Assembly: GCA_013265495.1 (NCBI GenBank)
Contig: MU058384.1
Location: 1,117,690 to 1,181,689 of the forward strand
Direction of reading: 5' to 3'
DNA length: 64,000 nt
Source of the DNA: Vicugna vicugna
Lineage: Eukaryota
The translations under genes and the position numbers were made by a program. The notes under the pieces are model-generated. The model saw only the letters and a program-made list of their open reading frames with translations, was not told where the DNA came from and made no database searches. The first letter of the stretch is position 1, and the number at the start of each line of letters is the position of its first letter. Positions 63,330-64,000 of the stretch are shown piece after piece.

Positions 63330-63790
63330 TAATTGTGAAATAGCTTTTACATATTTATGACACTGCACTAAACACTGGATTTAAAGATTTGTCAGACAAT
63401 TTAATCCTATTGCTATGGTGCTTAAAAAAATATGCACAGACATGCACAGAAGTCACTACAATGTATAATGTAATGTGAACAAGAACCAAGAAAGATATAC
63501 AAGATACAACGGAAATTTAGAAGAAGGAAAGAGTACAGTGGGGGAGACCAGGACAGGCCCGGATGAGGGAGCAGTATTTATGGACCTTAAAGAATAAACA
63601 GAATTCTGACAGGCTGAGCAAGGTAAGGAAGGGGGGAGCACTCCTGAAAGAAGAAATGTTTTGAACATGGAAGTACATGGAACTAAGTGGTAAGATTGGA
63701 GGGCAGTGGAAAGGCCTGGGTGAAGGAAGAAGGAGCAGAAAAGCAAGGGAGAGAAGGGAAAGAGAAAGAGCAGAAGTTAATGAAAACCAA
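63330..63790 (-). mobile_element. L2 fragment
   Basis: 'ggaccttaaagaataaacagaattctgacaggctgag...agcactcctgaaagaagaaatg...catggaagta'. Confidence 0.6.
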
Positions 63791-63794
63791 TCTT

Positions 63795-63965
63795 GCCAGG
63801 TACTGAGCTACAGCTCAGTTTCACTTTCATGATTTCAGTATTCACATCTTCATGATTAAAATGAGAAGGCCAAGGCACAGAGTCACCCAGCTTTTAAATG
63901 ACAGAAATGGCTACACAGTTCACAAATGGTAGAGATGAGATTAAAGCAGAGGATTTACTCCAGTT
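63795..63965 (-). mobile_element. MIR SINE (decayed)
   Basis: 'tgccaggtactgagcta...cttttaaatgacagaaatggctacacag...aaatggtagagatgagatt'. Confidence 0.5.
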
Positions 63966-64000
63966 GTTTTTAGATTAGACTTTGCTACATTTAAAATGTC

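Overview
AT-rich, CpG-poor mammalian genomic DNA with no recognisable protein-coding gene, RNA gene or CpG island. Roughly half of the window is transposable-element relics: old mammalian or eutherian families (MIR, L2, L3/CR1, L4, L1M, MLT1, LTR16B, LTR33, MER20, MER63, MER102) plus younger cetartiodactyl or camelid-type insertions. The younger set comprises a tRNA-derived SINE resembling the camelid Vic-1 family, young L1 3' ends and an ERV1 solo LTR. Together with the apparent absence of Alu, B1, Bov-A/Bov-B, PRE-1 and SINEC elements, this points to a camelid (camel or alpaca) genome. The ORFs in the supplied track that I can recognise are decayed L1 ORF2 pieces; the rest look like chance ORFs. 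The best-supported points of interest are a twin-primed (5'-inverted) L1 with a perfect 19-bp TSD nested in an older L1, a second inverted L1, an ORF1/ORF2 fused L1, and a non-TE ~125-bp tandem duplication. More speculative are several minus-strand exon-like segments with good splice signals that might belong to a long host gene or lncRNA. I found no convincing novel biological system. Repeat family names come from recalled consensus sequences, not a database search, and old-repeat boundaries are approximate (tens of bp).
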